NCBI GenBank assembly: GCA_036658435.1
Contig: JAVXEO010000004.1
Location: forward strand, 120-64,119
Source: Acetivibrio sp.
GTDB lineage: Bacteria > Bacillota > Clostridia > Lachnospirales > Lachnospiraceae
Direction: 5' to 3'
Length of the DNA stretch: 64,000 nt
The translations under genes and the position numbers were made by a program. The notes beneath the pieces are model-generated. The model was not told the origin of the DNA, ran no database searches, and saw nothing but the letters and a program-made list of their open reading frames with translations. Below, in pieces: positions 36,398 through 45,416 of this stretch. Every line of letters starts with the position of its first letter. Within the stretch, counting starts at the first letter, position 1.

Positions 36398-37831
36398 TTA
36401 CACCGTTATCTTTACATTTACTCCCATCAGTTCTTTGTTTGTATCAAGAATTGGCTGTATTATTTCTTTTAAAAATAATTCCACCTGTTCTTTGGAACAA
36501 CCAATATATTTCTTTGGATCCATGGCTTTTTTCAAGTCCTCTGTTGTCATATGAAATGATTCATCTTGGGCAATTCTCTCAAGAAGGTCGTTTTCCAGTC
36601 CTTTTTCTTTTACATTTCTTCCGGCTTCCATAGAAAGTGTACGGATTTTTTCATGAAGTTCCTGACGATCTCCTCCCCTTTTAACTGCATCCATCATAAT
36701 ATTTTCTGTTGCCATAAAAGGAAGTTCTCCCATCAGTCGTTTTTCAATTACCTTTGGATAAACCACCAATCCATCTACTACATTTAAGCATAGATCTAAA
36801 ATTCCATCGGTACCAAGAAATCCTCCCGGTATGGAAAGTCTTTTATTGGCAGAGTCATCCAGCGTTCTTTCAAACCACTGGGTTGCTGATGTTATAGCCG
36901 GATTGAGTGCTTCTATCATAACATAACGGGAAAGAGAAGCAATTCTTTCGCTTCGCATGGGATTTCTTTTGTATGCCATTGCAGAGGAACCAATCTGGCC
37001 TTTTTCAAAAGGTTCTTCTACTTCTTTTAAATGCTGAAGTAAACGGATATCATTTGACATTTTATGAGCGCTTGCTGCAATACCTGCTAAAACATTCGCA
37101 ACACGGGTATCCACTTTTCTGGAATAGGTTTGTCCGGATACCGGATAACACGCTGTAAATCCCATTTTTTGCGCAATCATAGGGTCTATTTTATTTACAA
37201 TCTGTTGGTTTCCATCAAACAATTCAAGAAAAGATGCCTGGGTTCCAGTCGTTCCCTTAGAGCCTAGTAATTTAAGCCCGGATAACACAAAATCCAGGTC
37301 CTCAAGGTCCAGGCAAAATTCCTGCATCCAAAGAGTGGCTCTTTTTCCAACGGTAGTTGGCTGTGCAGGCTGAAAATGCGTAAAAGCCAAGGTTGGTAAA
37401 TCTTTATATTTATCTGCAAAAATAGAAAGTTCTGCCAATACATTCACTAATTTCTTCTTAATCAGTAAAAGTGCTTCCTTCATAATAATGATATCGGTAT
37501 TATCTCCCACATAGCAGGAAGTTGCCCCAAGATGAAGGATTCCTTTTGCCTTTGGGCACTGTACTCCATAAGCGTAAACATGACTCATCACATCATGTCT
37601 TACTTCTTTCTCTCTTTCTTTTGCCACCTGGTAATTAATATCTTCCGCATGTTCTTTTAACTCTGCAATTTGTTCTTCCGTAATGGGAAGCCCCAATTCT
37701 TTTTCTGTTTCCGCTAAAGCAATCCAAAGTTTTCTCCAGGTTCGAAACTTCATATCCGGTGAAAATATATATTGCATTTCTGCACTGGCGTAGCGCTCTG
37801 AAAGTGGGCTTTGGTATTTATCTGTACTCAT
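36398..37831 (-). CDS. purB: Adenylosuccinate lyase
   Basis: 477 aa. Fumarate-lyase signature GSSAMAYKRNP. Confidence 0.95.
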   Translation of the reverse strand: MSTDKYQSPLSERYASAEMQYIFSPDMKFRTWRKLWIALAETEKELGLPITEEQIAELKEHAEDINYQVAKEREKEVRHDVMSHVYAYGVQCPKAKGILHLGATSCYVGDNTDIIIMKEALLLIKKKLVNVLAELSIFADKYKDLPTLAFTHFQPAQPTTVGKRATLWMQEFCLDLEDLDFVLSGLKLLGSKGTTGTQASFLELFDGNQQIVNKIDPMIAQKMGFTACYPVSGQTYSRKVDTRVANVLAGIAASAHKMSNDIRLLQHLKEVEEPFEKGQIGSSAMAYKRNPMRSERIASLSRYVMIEALNPAITSATQWFERTLDDSANKRLSIPGGFLGTDGILDLCLNVVDGLVVYPKVIEKRLMGELPFMATENIMMDAVKRGGDRQELHEKIRTLSMEAGRNVKEKGLENDLLERIAQDESFHMTTEDLKKAMDPKKYIGCSKEQVELFLKEIIQPILDTNKELMGVNVKITV

Positions 37832-37863
37832 AGCTGTCTCCTGACTTTTATTGTTTTATGGGT

Positions 37864-39312
37864 CTATTTTTCATAATTCCCACGAATATTCTGTTTTGGT
37901 GGAGCAATTGGATATTTTCCCGAAAAGCAGGCATCACAGTATCCTCTGTCTCCTCCAATTAGTTCATGCAGACGTTCCCCATCTAAATATCCCAAAGAAT
38001 CTGCACCCAGCATTTTACATATTTCATCCACTGTATTGTTATGTGCAATCAATTGGTCACAAGATGGCACATCCGTTCCAAAATAGCACGGATAGAGAAA
38101 CGGTGGTGAACTAATTCTTACATGAACCTGTGTGGCTCCTGCATTTTTAAGCATTCTCACAATACGTTCGCTGGTAGTCCCACGTACAATGGAATCATCA
38201 ATCATAACCACTCTTTTTCCATTGACTACTTCTTTTAATACATTTAATTTAATCCGAACAGAGGATTCCCTCTCTGACTGCTTTGGTTTAATAAAGGTTC
38301 TGCCAACATAACTATTTTTAATAAATGCCATTCCATAGGGGATTCCTGTTTCCTCTGCAAAACCCATGGCGGCTACATTTCCGGAATCCGGAACACCTAC
38401 CACAATGTCTGCCTCTGCAGGATACATCTGGGCTAATATCTTTCCTGCCATGATTCTGGAACGGTACACGCTGACATTGTCAATAAAACTATCCGGTCTT
38501 GCAAAATAAATATATTCAAAAATACATTTTGCAACCTTTTCCTGGCAAAGAGTCGTGTCTGAATGAATGCCTGAGCCATCCAGTGTTACAATTTCCCCCG
38601 GAAGAACATCCCGCACAAAGTCCGCATTCACTGCGTCCAAAGCGCAGCTTTCTGATGCAAGAAAATAAGTATTTTCCCTTTTTCCAATGCAAAGGGGCCG
38701 GAAACCAAAGGGGTCTCTAGCTCCAATTAATTTTCGCGGGCTCATAATAACAAGGGAATAGGCCCCCGCCAGCTTTTTCATGGCATTTTTTACGGCTTCT
38801 TCCACGCTCTTTGTTTGAAGGCGTTGTCTTGCAATATGGTAGGCAATGACCTCGGTATCAATGGTTGTTTGAAAAATTGCGCCGGTATACGAAAGTTCCT
38901 CCCGAAGCTCCAGTGCATTAATAAGATTTCCATTATGAGCAATTCCCAAGGTTCCCTTTACATAGTTTAATACCAAAGGTTGGGTATTTTCAATGGAGCT
39001 GGCTCCTGCAGTAGAATAACGCACATGTCCAACTCCAATATTTCCATTTAACTTCTCCAGTGCTTCCTCTGAGAAGACCTCGTTAACCAGTCCCATTCCT
39101 TTGCAGGAATTCACCACTCCCTTGGGTCCCTGGGTATCACTCACTGCAATTCCACAGCTTTCCTGTCCTCTGTGCTGAAGGGAAAACAATCCATAATAAA
39201 TAGAAGAGGCTACATCTTCTTTATTGTCAATCGAATAGGCACCAAAGACTCCACATTCTTCATGGAGTCCTCCTTCCATAAACGCATCCCTTTTATTATA
39301 CATACAATCCAA
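37864..39312 (-). CDS. purF: Amidophosphoribosyltransferase
   Basis: N-terminal nucleophile CGVFG and PRPP motif [13 protein letters not shown]. The true start is probably an internal ATG (39303 or 39279), because the track start overlaps the purC stop. Confidence 0.95.
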   Translation of the reverse strand: MDCMYNKRDAFMEGGLHEECGVFGAYSIDNKEDVASSIYYGLFSLQHRGQESCGIAVSDTQGPKGVVNSCKGMGLVNEVFSEEALEKLNGNIGVGHVRYSTAGASSIENTQPLVLNYVKGTLGIAHNGNLINALELREELSYTGAIFQTTIDTEVIAYHIARQRLQTKSVEEAVKNAMKKLAGAYSLVIMSPRKLIGARDPFGFRPLCIGKRENTYFLASESCALDAVNADFVRDVLPGEIVTLDGSGIHSDTTLCQEKVAKCIFEYIYFARPDSFIDNVSVYRSRIMAGKILAQMYPAEADIVVGVPDSGNVAAMGFAEETGIPYGMAFIKNSYVGRTFIKPKQSERESSVRIKLNVLKEVVNGKRVVMIDDSIVRGTTSERIVRMLKNAGATQVHVRISSPPFLYPCYFGTDVPSCDQLIAHNNTVDEICKMLGADSLGYLDGERLHELIGGDRGYCDACFSGKYPIAPPKQNIRGNYEK

Positions 39313-40015
39313 TCCTTTTTGACACTTCTATGTAGGCATCCTCTACTTTACCCATATCCCTGCGAAAACGATCCTTATCTAATTTTGTCTGCGTTTTGCT
39401 GTCCCAGAATCTGCAGGTATCCGGTGAAATCTCATCTGCCAGTATAATCTGTCCTTGATAACGTCCAAACTCTACTTTGAAATCAATAAGATCAATTCCA
39501 CATTCTTTAAAAAATGTCAAAAGGAAGTTATTTATTTTAAATACAAGTTCTGTAATTCGGTCAATTTCTTCCTGGGTTGCTGCCCCAATTGCAATGGCAT
39601 GATAATCATTAATCAATGGGTCCCCCAAGGCATCATCTTTATAACTAAACTCTAAGGTAGGTGCAATAAGTTTGGTTCCCTCTTTTATTCCCAGTCTTTT
39701 TGAAAAGCTTCCCGCCGCAACGTTACGGATAATGACTTCCAAAGGAACGATTTCAACTTTTTTTACAGCCGTTTCTCTTTCATTTAATTCCTCAATAAAA
39801 TGCGTGGGCACCCCTTCTTTTTCAAGCATTTGAAAAATATAATTGGTCATACGATTATTAATGGACCCTTTTCCTAAAATAGTTCCTTTTTTTTCTCCAT
39901 TAAAAGCAGTTGCATCATCCTTATAGTCAACAATCAAAACATCTTCCTTATCTGTAGTGAATACTTTCTTTGCTTTTCCTTCGTAAAGTAGATTTAACTT
40001 TTTCAATATGCACAC
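39296..40015 (-). CDS. purC: Phosphoribosylaminoimidazole-succinocarboxamide synthase
   Basis: 239 aa. [12 protein letters not shown]-terminus and SAICAR synthetase motifs. The start is either GTG 40015 or TTG 40006. Confidence 0.95.
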   Translation of the reverse strand: MCILKKLNLLYEGKAKKVFTTDKEDVLIVDYKDDATAFNGEKKGTILGKGSINNRMTNYIFQMLEKEGVPTHFIEELNERETAVKKVEIVPLEVIIRNVAAGSFSKRLGIKEGTKLIAPTLEFSYKDDALGDPLINDYHAIAIGAATQEEIDRITELVFKINNFLLTFFKECGIDLIDFKVEFGRYQGQIILADEISPDTCRFWDSKTQTKLDKDRFRRDMGKVEDAYIEVSKRIGLYV

Positions 40016-40059
40016 CTATCCTTTTCTATGATTCTTTGTCCTGTTTAAACTACTCTTTC

Positions 40060-40087
40060 ATTATAAACAACCACTTTTTTTTGACAA
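40060..40087 (-). promoter_or_regulatory. Candidate promoter of purC-purF-purB
   Basis: Minus strand reads TTGTCA (40087-40082), 16 nt, TATAAT (40065-40060). This leaves only a ~45-nt leader. Confidence 0.5.
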
Positions 40088-40090
40088 TAG

Positions 40091-40114
40091 ATTTACTTAT
40101 TAAATTTACTTATT
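40091..40114. repeat. Tandem direct repeat ATTTACTTATT (two copies, 13-bp period) just upstream of the pur -35
   Basis: Exact 11-mers at 40091-40101 and 40104-40114. Confidence 0.6.
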
Positions 40115-40205
40115 CCATTCATAATTAAAAAGCAGTCTTTTCATCAAGCCCACCGCTTTCCTTAAAAATAGCATAGACAAATCTAAAAGTCAATGTGGTA
40201 TTTTC

Positions 40206-40235
40206 TTGACAAATCCCTTCATCCTGTTCTATACT
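40206..40235 (+). promoter_or_regulatory. Candidate sigma-A promoter of the mgtE leader
   Basis: TTGACA (40206-40211), 18 nt, TATACT (40230-40235), about 230 nt upstream of the mgtE ATG. Confidence 0.55.
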
Positions 40236-40268
40236 TAGCCTTGGATACATAAGTATTATAAAGACTTT

Positions 40269-40305
40269 CACGCCATCAGAGGGCGTGTTTTGTTGTGTTT
40301 ATTTT
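40269..40305 (+). terminator. Terminator-like hairpin early in the mgtE leader
   Basis: CACGCC-ATCAGAG-GGCGTG followed by TTTTGTTGTGTTTATTTT. It is plus-strand specific and lies about 30 nt after the predicted TSS. Confidence 0.5.
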
Positions 40306-40308
40306 CGT

Positions 40309-40400
40309 AAGAAGAAAGGATGGTGAGGATATGGTTCCTGACAGTAGTCACTGGCAAAGTATAGATACACCTGGGCCCTGCCCTCATCTTCTTTTTTTGC
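40309..40400 (+). promoter_or_regulatory. Second structured leader element ending in a T-run (possible attenuator or riboswitch expression platform)
   Basis: AAGAAGA (40309-40315) and TGAGG (40324-40328) can pair with CCTCA (40382-40386) and TCTTCTT (40387-40393), followed by TTTTT. The element contains GGTGAGG and CTGCCC strings reminiscent of M-box segments but is much too short for a full M-box. Confidence 0.35.
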
Positions 40401-40464
40401 TTATAATTGCATAGAGATTGTATTTATACTTTGCTGATTCTTTTAAACAATAGGAGGCAAAGTT

Positions 40465-41796
40465 ATGACCAAAAAAATTATTACTTCACTTCTACAGGAA
40501 AAAAAGTTTGGGGAATTGAAACATATTCTTTCCGTTCTAAATGAAGTAGATTTAGCTGTTATTTTGGAAGATTTAGATGAAAAAGAGATGGTTATGATTT
40601 TTCGTTTAATTGATAAAACCCAAGCGGCTGCTACTTTTTCCTATATGAGTGCAAAAATGCAGGAAATCTTAATCGCTGCATTTACTGAAAAAGAACTCAA
40701 AGAAATATTAGATGACATGTTTCTTGACGATACGGCCGATCTTTTAGAGGAAATGCCGGCAAATGTAGTAGAACGAATTTTAAGTGTAACGGATTTTGCT
40801 ACCCGGGCTTCCATTAATACGTTGCTTAATTATCCGGAGGACAGTGCCGGAAGTATTATGACGGTAGAATACGTGGATTTAAAGAAATCCATGACGGTGC
40901 AGGAATCCATTTCAAAGATAAAAAGCGTCGGTATTAATAAAGAAACGATTTATACCTGTTATGTTATGGAATCCAAACGCTTGATTGGTATCGTTTCTGC
41001 AAAAGATCTGCTGCTTTCCGATGCAGACGTAAAAATCGAAGATCTAATGGAAACCAATATTATATTTACCAATACCCACGATGACCAGGAAGAAGTTGCC
41101 AAACTTTTTCAAAAATATGGATTTATGGCCATTCCTGTTGTGGATACCGAACACTTTATGGTGGGAATTATCACCTATGATGATGCTATGAATGTTTTAC
41201 AGGATGAGATTGATGAAGATATCGCCATGATGTCCGGTATTGTTCCAAGCGAAGATTCTTATTTTGGAACTTCCGTTTTTGCACATGCCAAAGGACGTAT
41301 TGCATGGCTCCTTGTGTTAATGCTTTCTGCAACCATAACCGGAACCATTATCAGCCGATATTCTGCTGCATTTTCTGCGATTCCCCTTTTAGTTTCCTTC
41401 ATTCCTATGTTAATGGACACCGGAGGAAACTGCGGCTCCCAAAGTTCAACTTTAATTATTCGTGGACTGGCACTGGATGAAATTAAGCTCTCCGATTTTC
41501 TCAAAGTTGCCTTTAAAGAGCTTCGGATTGCCCTTTTGGTAAGTTTTACGCTGGCTGTTGTAAATGGTATTCGAATTTTCATTATGTACCGAGATCCTAC
41601 CATGGCTCTCCTTGTATCACTTTCTTTAATTGCAACGGTGATTATGGCTAAGCTCATAGGATGTCTTCTTCCTATGCTTGCTACAAAATGTAAAGTGGAT
41701 CCGGCAATTATGTCAGCTCCCCTCATCACCACTTTAGTTGATACTTGTTCCATCCTCATTTACTTTCAAATTGCAACGCATTTATTTTCCCTATAA
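40465..41796 (+). CDS. mgtE: Magnesium transporter MgtE
   Basis: 443 aa. MgtE N-domain, CBS pair, and five C-terminal TM helices with the GGNxGxQ motif (DTGGNCGSQSS). Confidence 0.95.
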   Translation: MTKKIITSLLQEKKFGELKHILSVLNEVDLAVILEDLDEKEMVMIFRLIDKTQAAATFSYMSAKMQEILIAAFTEKELKEILDDMFLDDTADLLEEMPANVVERILSVTDFATRASINTLLNYPEDSAGSIMTVEYVDLKKSMTVQESISKIKSVGINKETIYTCYVMESKRLIGIVSAKDLLLSDADVKIEDLMETNIIFTNTHDDQEEVAKLFQKYGFMAIPVVDTEHFMVGIITYDDAMNVLQDEIDEDIAMMSGIVPSEDSYFGTSVFAHAKGRIAWLLVLMLSATITGTIISRYSAAFSAIPLLVSFIPMLMDTGGNCGSQSSTLIIRGLALDEIKLSDFLKVAFKELRIALLVSFTLAVVNGIRIFIMYRDPTMALLVSLSLIATVIMAKLIGCLLPMLATKCKVDPAIMSAPLITTLVDTCSILIYFQIATHLFSL

Positions 41797-41821
41797 TTTA
41801 AAATAATACCTGGGAAAACAG

Positions 41822-42520
41822 TTATACCCGAAGCATTCGATATCCAACCCCAACATGAGTCTGAATATATTGAGGGGAAGCCGGATCTCTTTCTATCTTC
41901 TTACGAAGCGTTGCCATAAACACTCGTAGGGATGCCACATCATTATCCCATGCGGTACCCCAGATTTTATGAGTAATAAAGGTATGAGTTAAAACTTTCC
42001 CGGTATTTTGAGCCAGTAAACATAATAATTTATATTCAATGGGCGTCAGGTGTAATTCTTCTTCTTTCATAAATACACACCCTGCAGAGTAATCAATTTT
42101 TAAATCTCCATTGATAAATACAGCATTCTCTTTTCCGGAATCCGATACCATATAATTGAGTCTTCGAAAGGTAACCCGAAGTCTTGCGAGAAGTTCTTCC
42201 ACCGAAAATGGTTTTGTTAAATAGTCATCTGCACCGGCATCCAGTGCATCAATTTTATCCCGATCTTCACTTCTGGCACTAATCACAATAATAGGTACCT
42301 GGGACCAGGAGCGAATTTTTCGGATAATTTGGATACCATCCATGTCCGGAAGTCCTAAATCCAAAAGAACCACATCCGGATTATGAGAAACGGCCTCTAA
42401 TATGGCTGTTTCTCCTGTTGGTGCTGTATGGAATTTATAATTTTGTGTTTCCAGGGTTGTTGAAATCAGGTTTCTAACAGCCGGATCATCTTCTACCACC
42501 AGTATAAGGGGTTTATTCAT
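41822..42520 (-). CDS. kdpE: OmpR-family response regulator, KdpE-like
   Basis: 232 aa. REC domain (DDxxx...DLGLPDMDG) plus a winged-helix domain. Overlaps the kdpD stop by 8 nt. Confidence 0.85.
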   Translation of the reverse strand: MNKPLILVVEDDPAVRNLISTTLETQNYKFHTAPTGETAILEAVSHNPDVVLLDLGLPDMDGIQIIRKIRSWSQVPIIVISARSEDRDKIDALDAGADDYLTKPFSVEELLARLRVTFRRLNYMVSDSGKENAVFINGDLKIDYSAGCVFMKEEELHLTPIEYKLLCLLAQNTGKVLTHTFITHKIWGTAWDNDVASLRVFMATLRKKIERDPASPQYIQTHVGVGYRMLRV

Positions 42521-45236
42521 GTAATATTACCTCCTCTGCAATTAGCGTAAACTCAAAAACCGTACCTTTGGGAACGTTATCTCTTACGCAAATGGTTCCT
42601 CCGTGTGCAATTATAATGGATTTACATAAAGCAAGTCCCAGACCAAGGCTTCTTCGGCTATCTGCAATTTTTGCCCCAGCCGTATAAAACATATCAAATA
42701 TCTTTTCTTTGTCTTCTTTCAAAATACCCTCTCCATTGTCCGAAATATCTACTACCACTTTATCTTCCCTTTTTTTTATATCTATTATGATTTGAGAATT
42801 TTTTGGTGTATATTTAATGGCATTATCCACCATGTTTATAATAACCTGGACAATTAAACGAGCATCCATTTTTGCCAAAATAAAGTCTTCGGATTCTTTG
42901 ACTATAATTTCATGCTCCGTGCTTTTTCGATTAATATGAGAAAGGGCTTCCGAAACCACTTCCTCCATAAGCTCTGCCGTTAAATTCAAGTTCATTGAGC
43001 CATCTTCGATTCTGGTAACCGACAATAAATTTTCTACCAGATTAATAAGCCACAAGGAATCATCATATATATCCGTGTAAAGCATCTGCCTTTTTTCTCT
43101 ACCTATGGCATCTCCGTTGGAAAATAAAATACCGGCATTTCCTGAAATTGACGTTAGTGGGGTTCGCAGGTCATGAGAAATTGACCGTAAAAGATTTGCC
43201 CGCAGCTGCTCATTTTTTGCCAGCACCGCTGCTTCCTCCCGGTCCCTGGCCGTCTGCTGGTTTTCCAGTGCCAGTGCACATTCCCCCAAAATAGAAAGCA
43301 CAATGCTATTTTCAAAGGAATCCAGTGGTGTTTCATGGACAGCAATACCAACAACGCCGTAAACCGTCTCATTGACTCGTACTGCAAGGTATAAACAGGC
43401 TACACTTCCTAACGTCTTAGTGGTTGCTCCTGCGTGTTTGTTATTTTTTAGCACCCATGCCGCAACGGCCCTCTCATTTTCTGAAAGGTAGCTCCCGGGT
43501 ATTTTTCTTTCTCCCGCTGCAAACACCATGGGTTCTCCCAAATCCTTGCTTTCCACCGGATAAAAAACAAGGTCTTTATTCATGAGTTTGGTAAGTTGAT
43601 TCGCCGTAACGGTTATAATTCCTGTTTTATCCTTTGCTTTTTGCAATAACTGGTTGGTTTCCAGCAAGACCTTTGTGTGATACCCGATTTGTGCCGATTG
43701 CTTGGCATTTTGTTTGATTTTAACTGCCAGGGTACTGGTTAAAAATGCAGAAATAAACATGATACAAAAAGTTGCCGGATAACCACTGCCATAGGCACTC
43801 AGGGTAAATTGCGGATCGGTAAAAAAGAAATTAAAAGTCAGTACGCTGATTACGGAAGAAATCAGACTATAGGCTCGCTGGGTCGTTATAATTGCTGTAA
43901 TTAATACACTGAGAATATAAATTGTAATAATATTGGCTTCACTGAAACCAAGTCTTGAAAAAATATAGCCAATCAAGGTTGCAAAAAATAACAGGGCAAA
44001 ACTTTTTATAACATCCAGTATAGAAAAATCAAATTGGGACCGCTTTATTCTTCTTAATTGATAGGCCTCTGTTTCCTGATTTGGAATAATATAAATGTCC
44101 AGATTAGGCGACACTGCATTTAACTGTTCTGTCAGGGACATTCTTCCAAATGCATATCTTCGCTTTGCATTATTCCTTCCTACTACAACCTTAGAGACAC
44201 TGGATAATCTTGCAAACTCTGCTATCTGAAATGCCACATCATCCCCATATACGGTTTCAATCTTTGCTCCAAGCTGCTCCGCCAATGCAGCATTGCTTTG
44301 CAATCTCTTTTTATCTTCTTCTCCCAGTGCTGCAAAATCTGTTGTTTCTACAAAAAGTGCGGTGAAGTTTCCCTTAAATGCATTTGCCATTCTAGCAGCT
44401 GTGCGAATGATTTTCTGATTGGTGGGAGACGAAGACAGGCACACCAGAATATGTTCATCCGTATAGTAGCTGCTGCCTTGGGCAATTCTTACTTTTTCTG
44501 ACATAATATTGATTCGGTCCGCGCATCGACGCAGAGCAATTTCCCGCAATGCCACCAGATTTTCTATACTGAAAAAATAATCCAGCCCCTTCTTTTCCTG
44601 ATTTTCTTTCCAAATATTTCCTCTATGCAACCGTTCCATCAGTTCCCCCGGTTCTATATCCACCAGGGCTACCTGCTCTGCATTATCAAAAATTCGATCG
44701 GGTATACGCTCCTGTATTCTAACCCCTGTAATGGAAGTAACAATATCGTTAAGGCTTTCAATATGCTGCACATTAACCGTGGTATACACATCCATTCCTG
44801 CTTTTAGAAGTTCCAAAATATCCTGATACCGCTTGGCATGACGGCATTCCACGGCATTGGTATGTGCCAGTTCGTCTACTAAAATGAGCTGGGGCTTTCG
44901 GGTGATTGCCGCGTCCAGATTAAACTCACTTAAACGGATTCCATTATATTCCATCTCTAAAACAGGAAGTTTCTCAAGTCCTTTTAAAAGATCCATAGTT
45001 TGGGGTCTTGTATGGGGTTCTACGTAACCCACCACCACATCCATTCCATGTCTCTTTGCCGAATGTGCTGCCTTAAGCATAGCATATGTTTTTCCTACGC
45101 CTGCTGCATATCCAAAAAATATCTTTAAGTGTCCCTGATTGTGAGTAATGGCTTCTCCTTGTATATTTTCAAGTCTCCCATCTGGATTTGTTCTTATTTC
45201 ATTCACCCTTTTATCCCTATCCTCCTGTATTTTCAC
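42513..45236 (-). CDS. kdpD: Sensor histidine kinase KdpD
   Basis: 907 aa. KdpD N-terminal P-loop domain (GYAAGVGKTYAM), a Usp-like domain, four TM helices, a GAF-like region, H-box SHDLRTPL, and an HATPase domain. Confidence 0.9.
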   Translation of the reverse strand: MKIQEDRDKRVNEIRTNPDGRLENIQGEAITHNQGHLKIFFGYAAGVGKTYAMLKAAHSAKRHGMDVVVGYVEPHTRPQTMDLLKGLEKLPVLEMEYNGIRLSEFNLDAAITRKPQLILVDELAHTNAVECRHAKRYQDILELLKAGMDVYTTVNVQHIESLNDIVTSITGVRIQERIPDRIFDNAEQVALVDIEPGELMERLHRGNIWKENQEKKGLDYFFSIENLVALREIALRRCADRINIMSEKVRIAQGSSYYTDEHILVCLSSSPTNQKIIRTAARMANAFKGNFTALFVETTDFAALGEEDKKRLQSNAALAEQLGAKIETVYGDDVAFQIAEFARLSSVSKVVVGRNNAKRRYAFGRMSLTEQLNAVSPNLDIYIIPNQETEAYQLRRIKRSQFDFSILDVIKSFALLFFATLIGYIFSRLGFSEANIITIYILSVLITAIITTQRAYSLISSVISVLTFNFFFTDPQFTLSAYGSGYPATFCIMFISAFLTSTLAVKIKQNAKQSAQIGYHTKVLLETNQLLQKAKDKTGIITVTANQLTKLMNKDLVFYPVESKDLGEPMVFAAGERKIPGSYLSENERAVAAWVLKNNKHAGATTKTLGSVACLYLAVRVNETVYGVVGIAVHETPLDSFENSIVLSILGECALALENQQTARDREEAAVLAKNEQLRANLLRSISHDLRTPLTSISGNAGILFSNGDAIGREKRQMLYTDIYDDSLWLINLVENLLSVTRIEDGSMNLNLTAELMEEVVSEALSHINRKSTEHEIIVKESEDFILAKMDARLIVQVIINMVDNAIKYTPKNSQIIIDIKKREDKVVVDISDNGEGILKEDKEKIFDMFYTAGAKIADSRRSLGLGLALCKSIIIAHGGTICVRDNVPKGTVFEFTLIAEEVILHE

Positions 45237-45273
45237 CGAAAAATTTCACCCGGCATTCCTTTTACTTTTCTTT

Positions 45274-45302
45274 ATTATATCCTTTCTTTCTTCTTCTGTC
45301 AT
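45274..45302 (-). promoter_or_regulatory. Candidate kdpD promoter
   Basis: Minus strand reads ATGACA (45302-45297), 17 nt, TATAAT (45279-45274). Confidence 0.4.
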
Positions 45303-45416
45303 TCTATTTTATTCGGTAAACTTCCTTTATCTAGTTTATTCTATTTTACTTTATTCTGCTTTAAAATGGCATTAAAACCTTTCTCTTAAAGGTTAAGATT
45401 GTATAAAGAAACTTTT

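Noticed and set aside
40016-40205. Purine (guanine/adenine) riboswitch or PurBox upstream of purC.
   Set aside because: The best promoter leaves a ~45-nt leader. The conserved riboswitch core (TATA..GGATATGGC..CTACC..CCGTAAAT..GACTA-like) is not present on the minus strand, and no inverted PurBox pair was seen.
40306-40400. Canonical M-box (ykoK) riboswitch in front of mgtE.
   Set aside because: Only short strings resemble the B. subtilis M-box as I remember it. The element is ~90 nt against ~160 nt, and the 3' two-thirds of the aptamer has no counterpart. I keep it as an unclassified leader, which needs a covariance-model check.
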